Shown: positions 12,348 through 25,781 of the stretch, one piece after another
How positions within the stretch are numbered: the first letter of the stretch is position 1
Layout of the letters: each line of letters begins with the position of its first letter
NCBI GenBank assembly: GCA_002245135.1
Contig: NGBS01000871.1
Span: 124,001-188,000 of the forward strand
From: Proteromonas lacertae
Lineage: Eukaryota
Direction of reading: 5' to 3'
Length of the DNA: 64,000 nucleotides
Made by a program: the position numbers and the translations under genes
Notes under the pieces: model-generated
What the model saw: only the letters and a program-made list of their open reading frames with translations
Databases searched by the model: none
Told to the model about the DNA's origin: nothing

Positions 12348-13291
12348 ATGTTTTTCTTCATTCTTGTCGTTCCATTTATCTTTTTGATTGTATAACATGA
12401 GAATGGTATTTTAAATAGATAGTAGTTGTAATTAAAATGATTTATACAGTATATAATGCAAGAATTCTAAAAAATAAAAAAATGGATGACAAAGAATCAT
12501 CATTTTACAGTGTAAAAAAGCAGTATAAAGTTATTAATTGTAAAATATTTAGACAAAGGGTTAAATTTCCTTCACTGTTTGATTCATCCTCAATAGACAC
12601 TACTTTTGTTGTTGTAACTTCTAATTCACAGAATTTTATATCCAGAACTCTTGATGGGATTATTGATTATTGTGAAAAATTAAGAAAGAAAGAAAATTAT
12701 GATTGGGAAATAATTGTTGTTGATTGCAATAGTATAGATCATACCAAACAAATAATATTACAAAAATATAATAAAATTAGTTTAAGAGTAAGACTATGTG
12801 AATTGTCTCATAATTATGGAGTTGGATATGCAATGAAAGTAGGGATATTACAAAGTAGAGGTAAAAAGATAATAATAAGTGAAATAGATCCAAATATAAG
12901 ATACGAAGATACAGAATTCTTAGAAAGTGCTTTTGAAAAAGATGAAAATATGATATATTGCAGTTGTGATTACAATGTTGATAAAAAAGGATTTTCCTTA
13001 TTTAAATTGATAGTAAATAGACTATTTAAATTAAATATAGAAGATGTCAATAATAATAGCATGAAATTAATCAGTAGAGATAATTGTAGAAAGGTTATTA
13101 ATCAATTAAATGATTATAATAGTTGTTATGGAATAGAATTATTGTATTTGTGTAAAATGTATAATATTGAAATAAAAGAAGTGTATGTAAATTGTTTTGA
13201 TAGTCATATTCTACCACCTTCACCTTCATTTATTTCAAGATTGTTGGAAATATTGACAATCAGGCTTTGTTATTTATTTAAAATATGGTAA
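12348..13291 (+). CDS. ALG5-like GT2 glycosyltransferase, divergent
   Basis: N-terminal TM; WEIIVVD; NYGVGYAMKVGILQSRG; IELLYLC...IKEVYV; C-terminal IRLCYLFKIW typical of ALG5. Confidence 0.75.
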
Positions 13292-13436
13292 TAAATACTT
13301 AATATAATATAATTGTCTTTTGATTTTTATCTATCTTTTTAGCTTAATAAAAACAATTAAACATATGAAAAAATGATTAATTAGGTTATAAGTATATATA
13401 TATATGTATGTATAAATTATATCACTATTAATTACT

Positions 13437-14036
13437 CTATTCTAATTGTTCAGGTATTTCTGAAATTGTAGGTTGTATCTCTTGGTATGAAGATCTTCTT
13501 TCAATTAGTATGGTCAATTTTCTAGCAACCAGATGACAATAATACTAGATCACATTATTATTCTATATATTATACACATAATCCTAAAATTCCACCTGAA
13601 CTTAAGAAAATTATGAATAATAATCTTGAATTTGACGATCTAACAATATTAACTTGTTCAAAACTAAATATTATACTTTTCTACTAATATTTGATATGAC
13701 AAAACAATCAAAGAACAAAGTGCAATCAATGAAAAAGTAAAATTACTGGTTGAATACTAAAATATTAAATATAATTGTAATTAATACAATGTGCAATGAT
13801 AACATGCTTTGTTTAACAGCTCCAATAAATCCAGAAAAAGGAACAAGTATAAACACAACTACAAGGAAAATACAGAAGTTTAATGGTATTTCATATTTAG
13901 AGCCACTTGTTTTATTCCTCAAAACAAAATATAATGAAACCATTCCACATATCTACAAAACAATAACATTGTGATATACAAATTCGAAAAATGATAAAAT
14001 TTTAACTTGCATAATTTTAAGTTTGAATTTATCCAT
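13437..14036 (-). CDS. Small multi-pass membrane protein (tetraspanin-like GFIGAVKQS motif)
   Basis: Hydrophobic exons separated by short introns; ends ...EIPEQLE*. Exon model is approximate. Confidence 0.45.
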
Positions 14037-14241
14037 CAACAACTATACAGAATAGATTAAAAAAACAAAAAGAAATAAAACTTGGTCAACCGAAAAAACA
14101 ATTTTTGTTACAACATAAAAAACACCCACCTCTGTATTTCATCACAACATATCCAGCAAACATAATAAAAATAATAAAAAAATACTATATTAATATATAC
14201 ATCATTATTTTTTAATAAATTATTATAAATGATATTAATTC

Positions 14242-15526
14242 CTATTCATCTATCTTATCATGGGGACTAAAGTCATGATGATTTTCATTATAAGGTTTAA
14301 CTGTTACAGTCATCTTAGCAGATATACCAGATATTCTAGATTTATTAATCCCACTCAAATACCTAAAAGTAGAACCATTAGTAGGTGAATAATCATTATT
14401 AGTAGTACTTTCATTATAAGAGAAAGTAGAAGGGTGAACAGACCTGTCAGAGAAAGGGATATTCGCCATAGACTGTAATGCCCTTTGGCTAGTTGGTGTT
14501 AGAGGTATATTATCTTCTTGACTTGATTGGTCACTTACACTGTTATAATTTATATTCAACGGCTTAATGTTTCGAATTCCTACAAATCTTTCTTGTGCAG
14601 CTGGTTGTGTTGGCGTTGTTGGTATATTTTGATTCTGCCGCAATTCTTCAACACGATTTTTACCATGACTATGATGGTGATGATTTCTATTCTGATTTTT
14701 ATGAGGAACTTTTCCAATGTATTTTTGACATAGTTTAATTATCACTGTGTTTATTACTTCTTCACTATCTGAGAGTGGTGCATAGGAGTACTTGAATGGA
14801 TGAGGATATTTCAATATATACACTAAAAATCCATTTATACAAGACAAATTCGGAAATTTGTTATTATGACTTTGTTGATATTGTTTTATTTCATTGATTT
14901 TAGTTTTACGTTTTTCTATTACTTTACATACATGTTCACCTAAAAACTTTTGTCTAATTCTTTTTCGAAGTGAATTTACAGGTAAAAATAATTCTACAAG
15001 GATTGTATTGACTTTCATTATTTCTGGAAATACTAATAGGCCATCATGATCTCTATCAATTGCTTGGAATATTGTGTCTATTATATCGCTTGGTATATCA
15101 CTACCTATCACATTACAAAATGTGTGAAAATCTTTTCGACTTATTTGTTTATAGGGTGATATTCTGCATGCTGCAAAAATGACGGAAAATATGTATTTTG
15201 GTGGTAATAGAGAGAAAGAGACTATAAACCAGAAAAATTCATTAAAAGTGAGATCTGAGCCATAAATGGAACAAAGAAGAGTGATTAGACTTCTACTCTC
15301 ACCAATCATTTCTCTAAGAATATCTATGGGTAGATCATCTTCTAGCAATCTAAACAATAAATATATCATAAAAAATACTTTTGGCACTCCTTGTAATATA
15401 TGTTACTCATTATATCCACTTCTTTGTCGTTTACTACATAACGTAAAGAAATTCTATACGATATAGGTACTGAGCTAAAAGAAGTGAGTCAGATGATATA
15501 TTTGACTTCTCAATTTCTGTATCCAT
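14242..15526 (-). CDS. EF-hand protein with a disordered C-terminal tail
   Basis: EF loop DRDHDGLLVFPE, preceded by degenerate EF-like LTFNEF and ISRKDF. ATG at 15526; two short 5' introns. Confidence 0.7.
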
Positions 15527-15717
15527 TTAATGTCAACAGATTTAATCCCAACCAAATAGAATAATCATACAATCAAAAAAATATCGTTTTATTTTGAAAA
15601 AAAAAATTACCGTTTTTTAATTATCATCAAAATTACAATAAAACAGCAACACACAACAATATAAATAGTCAGATGTAAATTAAATAAATATTAAATAGAT
15701 AAAGCTGTTTATTATAT

Positions 15718-17677
15718 TCAATCGTTCCAAATCTTTTTAAATCTTATAAATTTATCATCTTTCTTATTTTCATCCTTCTTTTCTTCATTAGATTCCTTGT
15801 TTCTATTAAATTTGAATTTCTCTTTCTTTTCTTCATTTTCTGTCTTATCTCTATACCATTTAAATATTGGTTCTTTTTCTTCTTCTGGTTTTTGTTGTGA
15901 TTTTTTCTTTTCTTTTTCTTCATCATCATCATCATCTTTAGGACCTTTTATAATGTTATTTTCTACATTTCCTACTCCTGAAAAGTTATTTTTTTCTTTC
16001 ATATCATTATTAATGATTTCTTTTTCACTACTATCTCTACCAAATACAATTTCTTCATTCTCATGATTATCACTTTCTTTAACTTCTTCAATTATTATTG
16101 ATTCTTTCTTTTCTTCATTATTTACATTAAAATTATTACTTTCTTCCAGCAGTTTTGGTATAAACATCTGTTTAATTGGTTGAGAAACAACTTCATTTTT
16201 TTCATTTTCTTCCTTTTTAACCATTAAATTATTCTCAATTTTTTTATTTGTAACATTTAATATCACTTTATTATCTTCAATTAATACATTATTATTGTTT
16301 TGAACACTTTTATCTTTTCCACCATCATCTGTCAATACACCAGGTTGTATTATCATCTTCTTTGGTTTATCATTATTCATTCTCATTCTTCTTTTTCTAT
16401 TATTTAATCTACTATTATGGCTTAATATTGTAACAGGAGGTCGAGTATGTTGATGATGATTTGGATTATTGTGATGAGTGATTGAAGATGATATAGAATC
16501 ACTAATATTTGAATTTTGACTGATTCTTCTCCTTCTACTGCTAATGCTGCTATTGTTACTATGACTGCGATGATGATGATGATGATGATGATGATGTTGA
16601 TTGGTGTTATTTCTATTTAAAAAAATAATAAAAATAAAATAAAAATAATATTTATATACATATTAATAACACATTCATCAGGATTTCTACTTTCTTTATT
16701 ATTTCTTTTGAACGGATTTAATGAATTAATTATCGTATTTGTTGTAGGTAAGACATTATTATTACTATTTTCATTATTATTATTATTTCTTCTAAACATT
16801 TTAAAAATATCTTTTTTATTAGAAAAGAATTGAACAAGGAAATTTAATATAAATATTAATAATACACATCCACAATATATATACCACTATTAAAAAAAAA
16901 GAATTTATAATTATACACAATATGATTGATTATTATGCCTCAAATCATCCACAAACCTTTTATAATCAAGTGGATTAGGAAATTGGTTAAAATCAACACA
17001 AATTGAAATGAATAATATTATAACATAAGCTCCAATAAATGAGGTAGTAATCATTATGAATATTTTATTAATAAATTGACTGATTATTCCAAACAAAATT
17101 CCACCAATAAATAAAGCACAACCAAAATATATCTATTAATATTAATAAAAATAATAATTATATACATATGGATATTTTAAGTGTAGAAATACACCAATAC
17201 ATAGTGGATAAATATATCCAGCCAATAGTAATCCAAATGAAACTCCATATATAAATCTACAACCTCTTTTTATTCTACACATAAATAATCCTAATAATAT
17301 TCCAATTACAACTCCAACTGTTAATTCTGATGCTACTGCTATAGTATCTGACATTTTGAGTGGTATTAGTGCAAATAGTAACGTTCCACCTATTATTCCA
17401 ACAAATAATCCGTAAAAGAAAGCTAAGCAACTAAGATAGTAATATTAAGATATTGATATTCAAACCCTTAATAATTTATATCCAAGAAATCCGATCAATA
17501 AACCATATACAATTGCCACTATTGAGATAATTACATGATATTGATCTATATATCCAGTTACTAAGTAAGTTATGAGTTGAATATATCAAAACATTTTTTA
17601 TTGAACGGTAAATCATCCAAAAAATCAGCTTTGCAAAATGATTGATAGCCTAGTATAAAAAAGTATGCTACCAGCAT
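15718..17677 (-). CDS. TMEM198/TM7S3 (DUF4203)-like membrane protein with His-rich, charged tail
   Basis: Gly-rich TM helices (YGLLIGFLGYKLL; IITSFIGAY-type MITTSFIGAYVI); poly-His near 16570-16596; multiple short introns. Confidence 0.65.
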
Positions 17678-18163
17678 GTAATTCTTCTATTTATTTATTA
17701 TATTACAATTGCATACAGCCTTATATAAGAACAGCATTAGAAAAACAAAAAAAAGTGATTTGAGGATTATGATCGATTTTTGAACAACCTTTATGTGACC
17801 GTCACTTTTTTATCAATTATCTTGAATGTAATAGTAATAAATTTATGAAGAGTAACATAATCTAAACAAACCGATGAATAATCTCACCATTTACAGAATT
17901 TCTTAAAAATTGAACGTTATTTTAGAGTCATTCACATTAATACAATTGTGTATTTGTCAAGCAAAAAGTGAATATTGTAAAAAATACTTCTACATTGAAA
18001 TATATATCACATCACATAGACTTATCTATTAAAATTGTTGGATAAAACAAATTTTCGAGTTTTTCTCTTGAATTTACTCATCTCGTTTCATGTATAGTCC
18101 AGTTTTTTTGTACTAAGGGATTTTTTTTCTTGTTTTTCGATAACCACAATTGAAAATACACTC

Positions 18164-19031
18164 ATGATTTCAGCTAATCTTCAAGTGTGTTTGGGCAAGA
18201 AAATACTGCAGCCTGAAGATGCTAGTCCTTTCTGTCCTCTAGAAGATTTTATAAACCCCAAAGATTTAATATGCCATAATCATTCAGTCATTTGTGTAAA
18301 TAAAGAGAGAATAGTAAAAATTATATTGACTGATGTATGATGAACTGCTTTCTAATTTAACATAGGCAACTGATCTTCAAGATTTATTAGATCATCTTCA
18401 AGTGATTCCTCACTTCCTTAAAGTGGATATCTTGGAAACAGCTCCATTATTTGGCAGAAGAGTATATATACTACAGTTTTTATATCAAATTAGGCTTACA
18501 TTTTATTAGATGCATGTGAATCGGAAGTATTTGTAAAAGAAGTTCATGTATTATATCCAAATCTAACAGTAGAGCAAGTTCAACATGACTGTGAATACAG
18601 ACATTGTGAAAGAGATAAATCCTTCTGTATTGTTCCATATGAAATAGAATCAAGGGAATCATGTTCAATATACTGTTAATTCCAATCAAATGCTTCCATT
18701 ACAAATCAATTATGATAATATGAGAGAAGAAATTGGTGCTATTGTAACATATTATAACAACAGATTGTCAAACGGTTTATCTCTATCATTTATTCAGTAC
18801 CAAGATCTTTCTAATGAAATCTTTTATCTTATTAATAAAACAATGCAATTAAAATATCCAAATACTTTGTACAACATTGTTTTGTTGATACATGTGTTAT
18901 ATTTAAGAATTCCAAATGTGGCTATAAAGGAATCAACAGAAACAATCGATACACAACAGGTGTTGTGGATTAAGACTAGAATTAATTTGTTAAGATTTAT
19001 AAGTGATACATGTTTTACTAATCAGGAGTAA
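18164..19031 (+). CDS. Hypothetical protein
   Basis: ATG at 18164, GT-AG bounded exons, last ORF 18690-19031. No recognisable motif. Confidence 0.5.
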
Positions 19032-19147
19032 GAGTGATGTGTAAGAGTATTTTATTAAAACAAACAATTAAATGTATATAAATAATTTGTGAAAAATGAA
19101 TAACTTCATTTTAGTTTTATAATTATTTTTTTGTGTTTTTTTTTAAT

Positions 19148-20245
19148 TTATATCTTTTCGACACACCATAATAATGCACTTCTACTTCTTACATTATTCT
19201 TTATCTCTTCTTTAGTTGGATGTTGAGCAGTTCGAATTACTTTCATTACCTTTTTATCATAGCAATACTTTCTGAAATAACTCTTTATCATTTTTGCTTC
19301 TAAATCTTGAAATGATAGAATTACCATTCTTCCATTTTGTTCTAAATGTTCTGGAACAATTTCTAAGAAATGATTCAAACTATCCAATTCTTTATTCACT
19401 TCTATTCTTAATGATTGAAATAGCTTTGTTGCTGGATGTTTATGGTTTTTATATGGTAAAATAGTTGTAATTAAATTTGACAATTCAGCACACGTTTTTA
19501 TTTCATGATTCTATTGAATTATTAACAATAACAAAATAATATAGAAATACTCTTCTATAATCTACAATTGTAAATGATATATTTCTAGCATTTCTTTCGC
19601 TTTCACAACCATATTTTATCAATATATCTTTTATTTCTTCTTCAGAATACGTATTTACTATGTATTTGGCTGTTAATTTGTCATTGAAATTGTATCTCAT
19701 ATCTAGTGATGTAGTATTTGTGAAATTCAATCCTTTCATTTCATTAGATATTTGATGTGAACCAAAACCTAAATCTAACAAAATTCCATTTACTTTATTT
19801 GGCATTTCTATTATTATTGCAGAAATCAATATATTTAAATTATACTATTTATTTTCAATATATTATCAATATCTTTGTAATTTCCATTATAAAAAGAAAT
19901 GCGATTTAAATATTTTGATAAAATATTTTTGGATATTTCTATACTCTTTATATTAATTAACATATTAGTGTAATAAAATACATTTGGATCACGATCTATA
20001 CACAATAATCTACACGATAAATTTGTTTCTAATATCTTCTTAGAATGTCCTCCACATCCACAAGTAGCATCAATAAATATTGCATCTGAAGGAGATTTTT
20101 CGGTAATATATTGAATAACCTACGATTAAAAGATCTATTGCTATACTTCATTTAACATTACTGGAATATGCAAATTCGAAGTATTTCTATAGAATTGCAC
20201 TATTGTTGTGTAATAGAAAGGTTTTAAATGCTTTGAAAACATCAT
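19148..20245 (-). CDS. METTL15: Organellar small-subunit rRNA m4C methyltransferase (RsmH/METTL15)
   Basis: HIPVMLNE, IDATCGCGGHS, LLDLG, LDMRY, HPATKLFQSLRIEVNKEL and RSRSA; N-terminal presequence-like extension. Confidence 0.92.
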
Positions 20246-20270
20246 TTTTTTATAAAATTCATTTTTTCTT

Positions 20271-21061
20271 ATGGAAGTATTTGAAGTATACTCATTTTTA
20301 TGTTATATTATGCATAGGGGTGGTTAAAACCAGAGTTAGAAAAATTAGAAATTGATAGTGATGTATAATTGACTCATCTAAGTGTAGATTTACTGTAAAT
20401 ATATAACAAACATTTTAAAAGATACAGATATTCAATTGGAAGATAAAGAAACTTCATTGCTTGAATTATTGGGTGATCTAACAGAAAATGTATTTCAAAA
20501 CTCTATTGTAATGAATATTAATAGGATGTAAGTAATTTAATAAAAGAAATAATGTCAAAATCAGAATTATTGAAGGATAATAGTGAGATTACTTTAAAAG
20601 AAAAGAAGCGAAAAGAGTTAGAAGAAAGTGAAGCAAAACTAGAGGCAAAACTAGAAGCTGTGAAGAAAGAAGCTGAAGATATAAAAACTCAACCCAAATT
20701 GTATAAATCTAATAAATAATGATGATAGATCAACTGTGGAAAGATTAGAAAGAGAAAAATTTGTTACTCATTTCGGAGTACAGCAAATGGATATTGCAAA
20801 TGACGGGACAATTGTATTACATGAAGTATTTCTAATATTGTTTTTACATTCAAATAGTTTGATGAAGATAATGGTCCAATAATCCCTGTAAATGATAATA
20901 AGCAAAAAGTAAAAGAAGAAGAACAATCAAAGCGATTAAAAGCAAAAGAAGAGTATGAAAAAGAAATGGCAAGAATAAAAGCTCAAAAACAAGCAGAAAA
21001 GGAGAAGAAAGAGAAAGAAAAGAAGAGAACAGCTAAGAAGGAAAGGCAGCCAAGAGGATAA
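20271..21061 (+). CDS. CCDC43: CCDC43-like protein (missing from the ORF track)
   Basis: N-terminal FEGWLKPELEKLEID...YITNIL; C-terminal KEKEKKRTAKKERQPRG*; several short introns. Confidence 0.7.
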
Positions 21062-21163
21062 AAACACAAAAACAAATAAAAATTATAAATAGAAATAAAT
21101 AATAATAAAAAAACACACACAACCACAAGTTATTGATTCTTTTTATTTTTATTTGAATTGTTT

Positions 21164-21931
21164 TTATGTCTTTGCGTTAGTATTATTCTCTTTCAAAAAT
21201 GGATTGTTTAATAATTCATCTTGTAATATAGTTGGCTTTCCATGACCTGGATAAATCAATGTATTTATTGGAAGAGTTTTTAATTGAAGTAAAGAACGAA
21301 GTAACACTTTTTGACTATAGATATAGAAATTTAAACTATTAATAAATACTTTGAAAATCTAATATCAGTTCTACCAATTGTATGACAGAATAAACTATCT
21401 CCTGTGAATAAATAATTTTTATATAAGAAACAGCATCCACCAGGAGAATGACCAGGAGTATAGTAAACATCAATTCTTTCATTGCCGAATAGCAACTTTG
21501 TTTCTGGAGTGATATTCTCGTAATGTTTGATTTGTTCAATTTTTGGCATTCCAAGATAAGTTTTAATAGAATCCTATACTCTTTAATAATCTTTCATCTC
21601 CTTTATTGATATAACAACAAACATCAATTTCTTTCTGTATTGCACCAACTGCTCCAACATGATCAATATGACCATGAGTGCAGAGTATATATTGTAGTTT
21701 TGCTTTTCGTTCTTTAATAACAGCTAATAATTCTGAAGCATCATATCCAGGATCAATAAAAATAGCTAGATTAGTTATAAGATGAATAGCTTATATACCT
21801 TCATTGTGTTGATTCAACAATATATATGAGTTGTTTCTTAAAGGACCAGTACACAACGATATCAAATCATCATGTATTTGGTAATACTTTACTGCATATT
21901 TAAATGAGGTTTTGAAGTAATTAATTTTCAT
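21164..21931 (-). CDS. Metallo-beta-lactamase fold hydrolase (glyoxalase II/YcbL-like)
   Basis: IFIDPG, THGHIDHVGA, TPGHSPG, FTGDSLF, IGRTD, IYPGHG and NNPFL. Extra base near 21573. Confidence 0.88.
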
Positions 21932-22017
21932 ATTCAGAAAGAACAGAAAAGAAAAAGAAAATAAGTCAAGCTTTTTATCAAGTATGTAATTCTAGTTTTG
22001 TTTTGTTTCTCTCGTTT

Positions 22018-23675
22018 ATGAAACTTTATATGAATAGAGTTATTTGTTTATTAATCTATTTATATTTACTAATCTCTATAACATATTCATATCCAGATAT
22101 CGATTATTATAAAAACAATCCATACGAATACAACATATCCAATATTTATACTCCGTTATTATTATCACCTGGAACTTGGGTAAATGAAGGGCAGTATGAA
22201 TTAAAGGAACTGATAGACATTTGTGATGCTGGAGGTTCTTCACCTGTATATAGTAATTTTGGATTATTACCAGGACCAGTTAAACAAGGTTTATATGAAT
22301 TAATAGAAGTGATTCATGAAACTTCCAAAAATCTACTTCCAGCTCCTTCTAAGGATATAAAACCTATTAAGAGTGAAGCAGTAATTGAAAGGAACTTTAT
22401 CCAAAAGTTAATGTTGAAAGTATGTATTTAGTAGACATTAATTTATATTTGATATAGTTACCAGAAGAACCAGAGTTAGTATATGAGACTATAATAGGAA
22501 GAGGAAGTTTTGGTGAAGTATGGAAAGCATTCAGCAAAAAAGACAATCATATCGTCATATTGAAGAGATTATTCATCGAAAAAGGAGAAAAATATCATTT
22601 AAGTGGAAGAAGAGAAATTCACTTTGGTATATTATTAAAAGGTGAGAAATATATAACTCGATTTATTGATTATTTTACAGTAAGAAATGCAAATAAGAAT
22701 GATGAATTATGGTTGGTTTATGAGAATGAAGGATTATCTTTAAGATCGGTTATATATAATACAAATGATGATGGAATGCAAGTGCTATCTGTATATATCA
22801 TTATTTTTTAATTTTATTATTTTTATAGTCAATTTGGCATTCTCTTCGATCTTCTTTAACAGGTTATAATCTATTCAGATTAATTATATATAACGTTGTA
22901 AAAGCATTATATATCTGTCATAATAAATATAAAATATTATACAGAGATTTAAAACCTGATAATATTCTAATTAATATGAATATTTATCCAATAACAGTGA
23001 AATTATGTGATTTTGGAAGTGCTGTTGATGAATATACAATTGTTAATCATTTATATTCTCCTTTACCTAGTTTAGATGAAGAATCGGTAGATTATCAACC
23101 TCCTGAGGTATTGTTTCATAATGATGTAGTGTATGACTTGAAAAATCCATATGTATTATATTTAATTAATTAATGTTATTTTTTTCCATAGAGTTATGAT
23201 ATTTGGAGTTTAGGAATCACTATATTGGAAGTATTAATGAGTTTTATATATTATAATGAATAGATATATTTAGGTACTTCAAAAGTATTTGATATTGATG
23301 AAAGAACTAAGATTTTGATAAGAAGGAAATTACATACAAATGATGAGAAAATATTGAAACAAGCCTATATACTACATGGACTAAGAGAATACTGTATCTC
23401 ACCTGATAAAGAATTAGAGTGTAGTTATGCAGACATATATGTATATTATTGTTTATTGCTTTATTTAGAGAGCTACAAAAGCAAGAGATCCATTGAATCA
23501 TGGAATTGAAGATAGAAATCTGTTATCTCTACTCTCTCAGATATTGAAATGGAATAGTAGTGAAAGAATTACTAGTGAACAGATTCTGAAACATGTATAT
23601 ATGATTATTTATTTGTAACTATAGCCTTTTTTTAATATTTCACAATCTCTTACAGAAATTGCTTCTAAAGTGTAA
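22018..23675 (+). CDS. Ser/Thr kinase with an N-terminal signal peptide (At3g63330-like kinase domain)
   Basis: Hydrophobic leader RVICLLIYLYLLISITYS; GRGSFGEVWKA; LKRLFIEKG...LSGRREIHFG; YRDLKPDN; DFGSAVD; YQPPE; YDIWSLG. Confidence 0.8.
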
Positions 23676-23923
23676 GTATTATGATGCATCCTTTACTGTA
23701 TATACTAAGTACTATGTTTTTCTATGTTTGTTTGTAGGTTATCACTATCATAACTAATTTGTGTATTGTCATATTGTTTGACTATACTCAATCCATGAAT
23801 TAACACATATAGAGATAAACTCAATTTTAAAATTTGTTTTTTCCTTTTTGTAATATTTTATTAAAAATATTTTATCGTTACAAAATCGTTTGATTGTTTT
23901 TTTATATCATCTCTTGTAATTGG

Positions 23924-25612
23924 ATGAGTTCTATACCAACAAAATCATCAAAAATACTAGAGCTGTCACCACCTCAAGGACTACCTATTCGAGCAAAACA
24001 AGCTAATGCTCCTTATATGAACAGTCCTATACACTATGTTAAAAAGCCAAAAGGTATTATAAAGATGTCACCAATTGCTCAACCTAGTACACCCTTAAAA
24101 ACACCAAATTCCCTCACATCCTCAGTTTTCACATTTGATGTTTTAGAACAAAATAGTAAACAACTTCCTCACCTAGAAACACCAAAAAGACTTAAGAAAT
24201 GTATGTCTCAACCTTCTGCCTTTATGCCTGATCTAAACTCACCACTAATAACTCCCAAAAATGTTAAAAAGAAAATTCCACCTATTAAAAAACGAAAATC
24301 AACTTTACCAGAAAATCCTGAAGAAATCCAGAAATTAGCAACAGAAACAGAGACAAAGGAATTAAAAGAATTGTTAAACATATTAACTACTACTCTCTCA
24401 AATTATGAAGGTATATTTAAGTGTAGAATTGCAGGAGAGAGTGTAGAAACAACAATAAATGAAACAAAGAATGTCATTTCAATGTTGTGCATAAAAGTAA
24501 ATCAATTCAGCAGAATACTTGAAAGTGCTGAGATAATGTATAAAATGATTAATTTAGTATTTATTTACATATTTTTATTAATACTTATTTATAGATTATT
24601 GAAATATTCAATTCATTTTTACTTTCAGATAATATACCATTAAGCTTTCAAATATTATATAATGTATATATTAATAATTTGTTTTATATTTAATGTTATA
24701 TATAGACAACAATTCAATTATTACAATCAATATTAGATAATAAGATCTTCACAGAACCGATCATAAAATATCCACTTCCTTCAAAACTTACAGAAACTAT
24801 AATTTACCAACTAATAAAATCAGAAAGTAATTACATCATTACATTTGAAACATTTTTGAAGAAATTATTTATGAATTTTCCTAACTACAGAATAAAGATG
24901 GAAACCAATTTAATGAATATTTATTCTCTATTTATTGATGATAGTGATGAATTACCTGATTATATTGATAAACTATGGAATATTTCCATTATGGTTTTTG
25001 CTTATAGATATGGAAATGCTTTAGATGAAAATCAAGTGATTTTCTATAGATTATATTTATTGAAGTTACTTACTGTATATATAGAATATATATATCTAAT
25101 TAGAAGAAGAATATATATTTATATGATAAAGAGTATATAAAATTCGTAAATGAATTTTTGGATAAAGATGAAGAATGTAATTTATTAATGTGTAATTATA
25201 TATGTAAAATATATAAAAATGATAATTGGAAAAATGTATTTAATATATTATGTATTTATAATTTATATATATATAGGAAGATTTGCAGTTAAGACTATTA
25301 TATAGAAGTGCATTTAATTTAAACGATCATTATGTATTACCTTTCACGTTAGCATCAAAAATTGTAAAATTGTTGATGTATTCAATGAAAACCAATAAAA
25401 TCCAATTACATGATGATTATGTTCCATTTGTGAATGGATGGTTTATTATATATCTCGTTCCGTTATGTGATTTTGATACTACTTTGAAAGATCAGTTTGA
25501 TATGTATTGTTGTAATAAAGATGAATTGTATATATAATTATGTATTATATATTGTAGAGAGAATTACTCTGTTTCTTACAATGAGTTTGATTTTGACACT
25601 AAATGTAAATAG
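23924..25612 (+). CDS. Hypothetical protein: S/T-P-rich N-terminus, helical C-terminal region
   Basis: ORFs 23894, 24856 and 25283 linked by short GT-AG introns; TAG at 25610-25612. Confidence 0.6.
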
Positions 25613-25781
25613 TTTATTTATTCTTTCTGTATTTATTAATTTTGTGTATATTTTTTGTGATATAAATACATTTATAATCGTTTTAAGATGTTTTAACATG
25701 GAAAAAAACAATTAATATAAAACTAGCGAGTTTGTGTACATCAAGTCAAGCCTATCAAATCCATTTATCGTATTTATTTTT

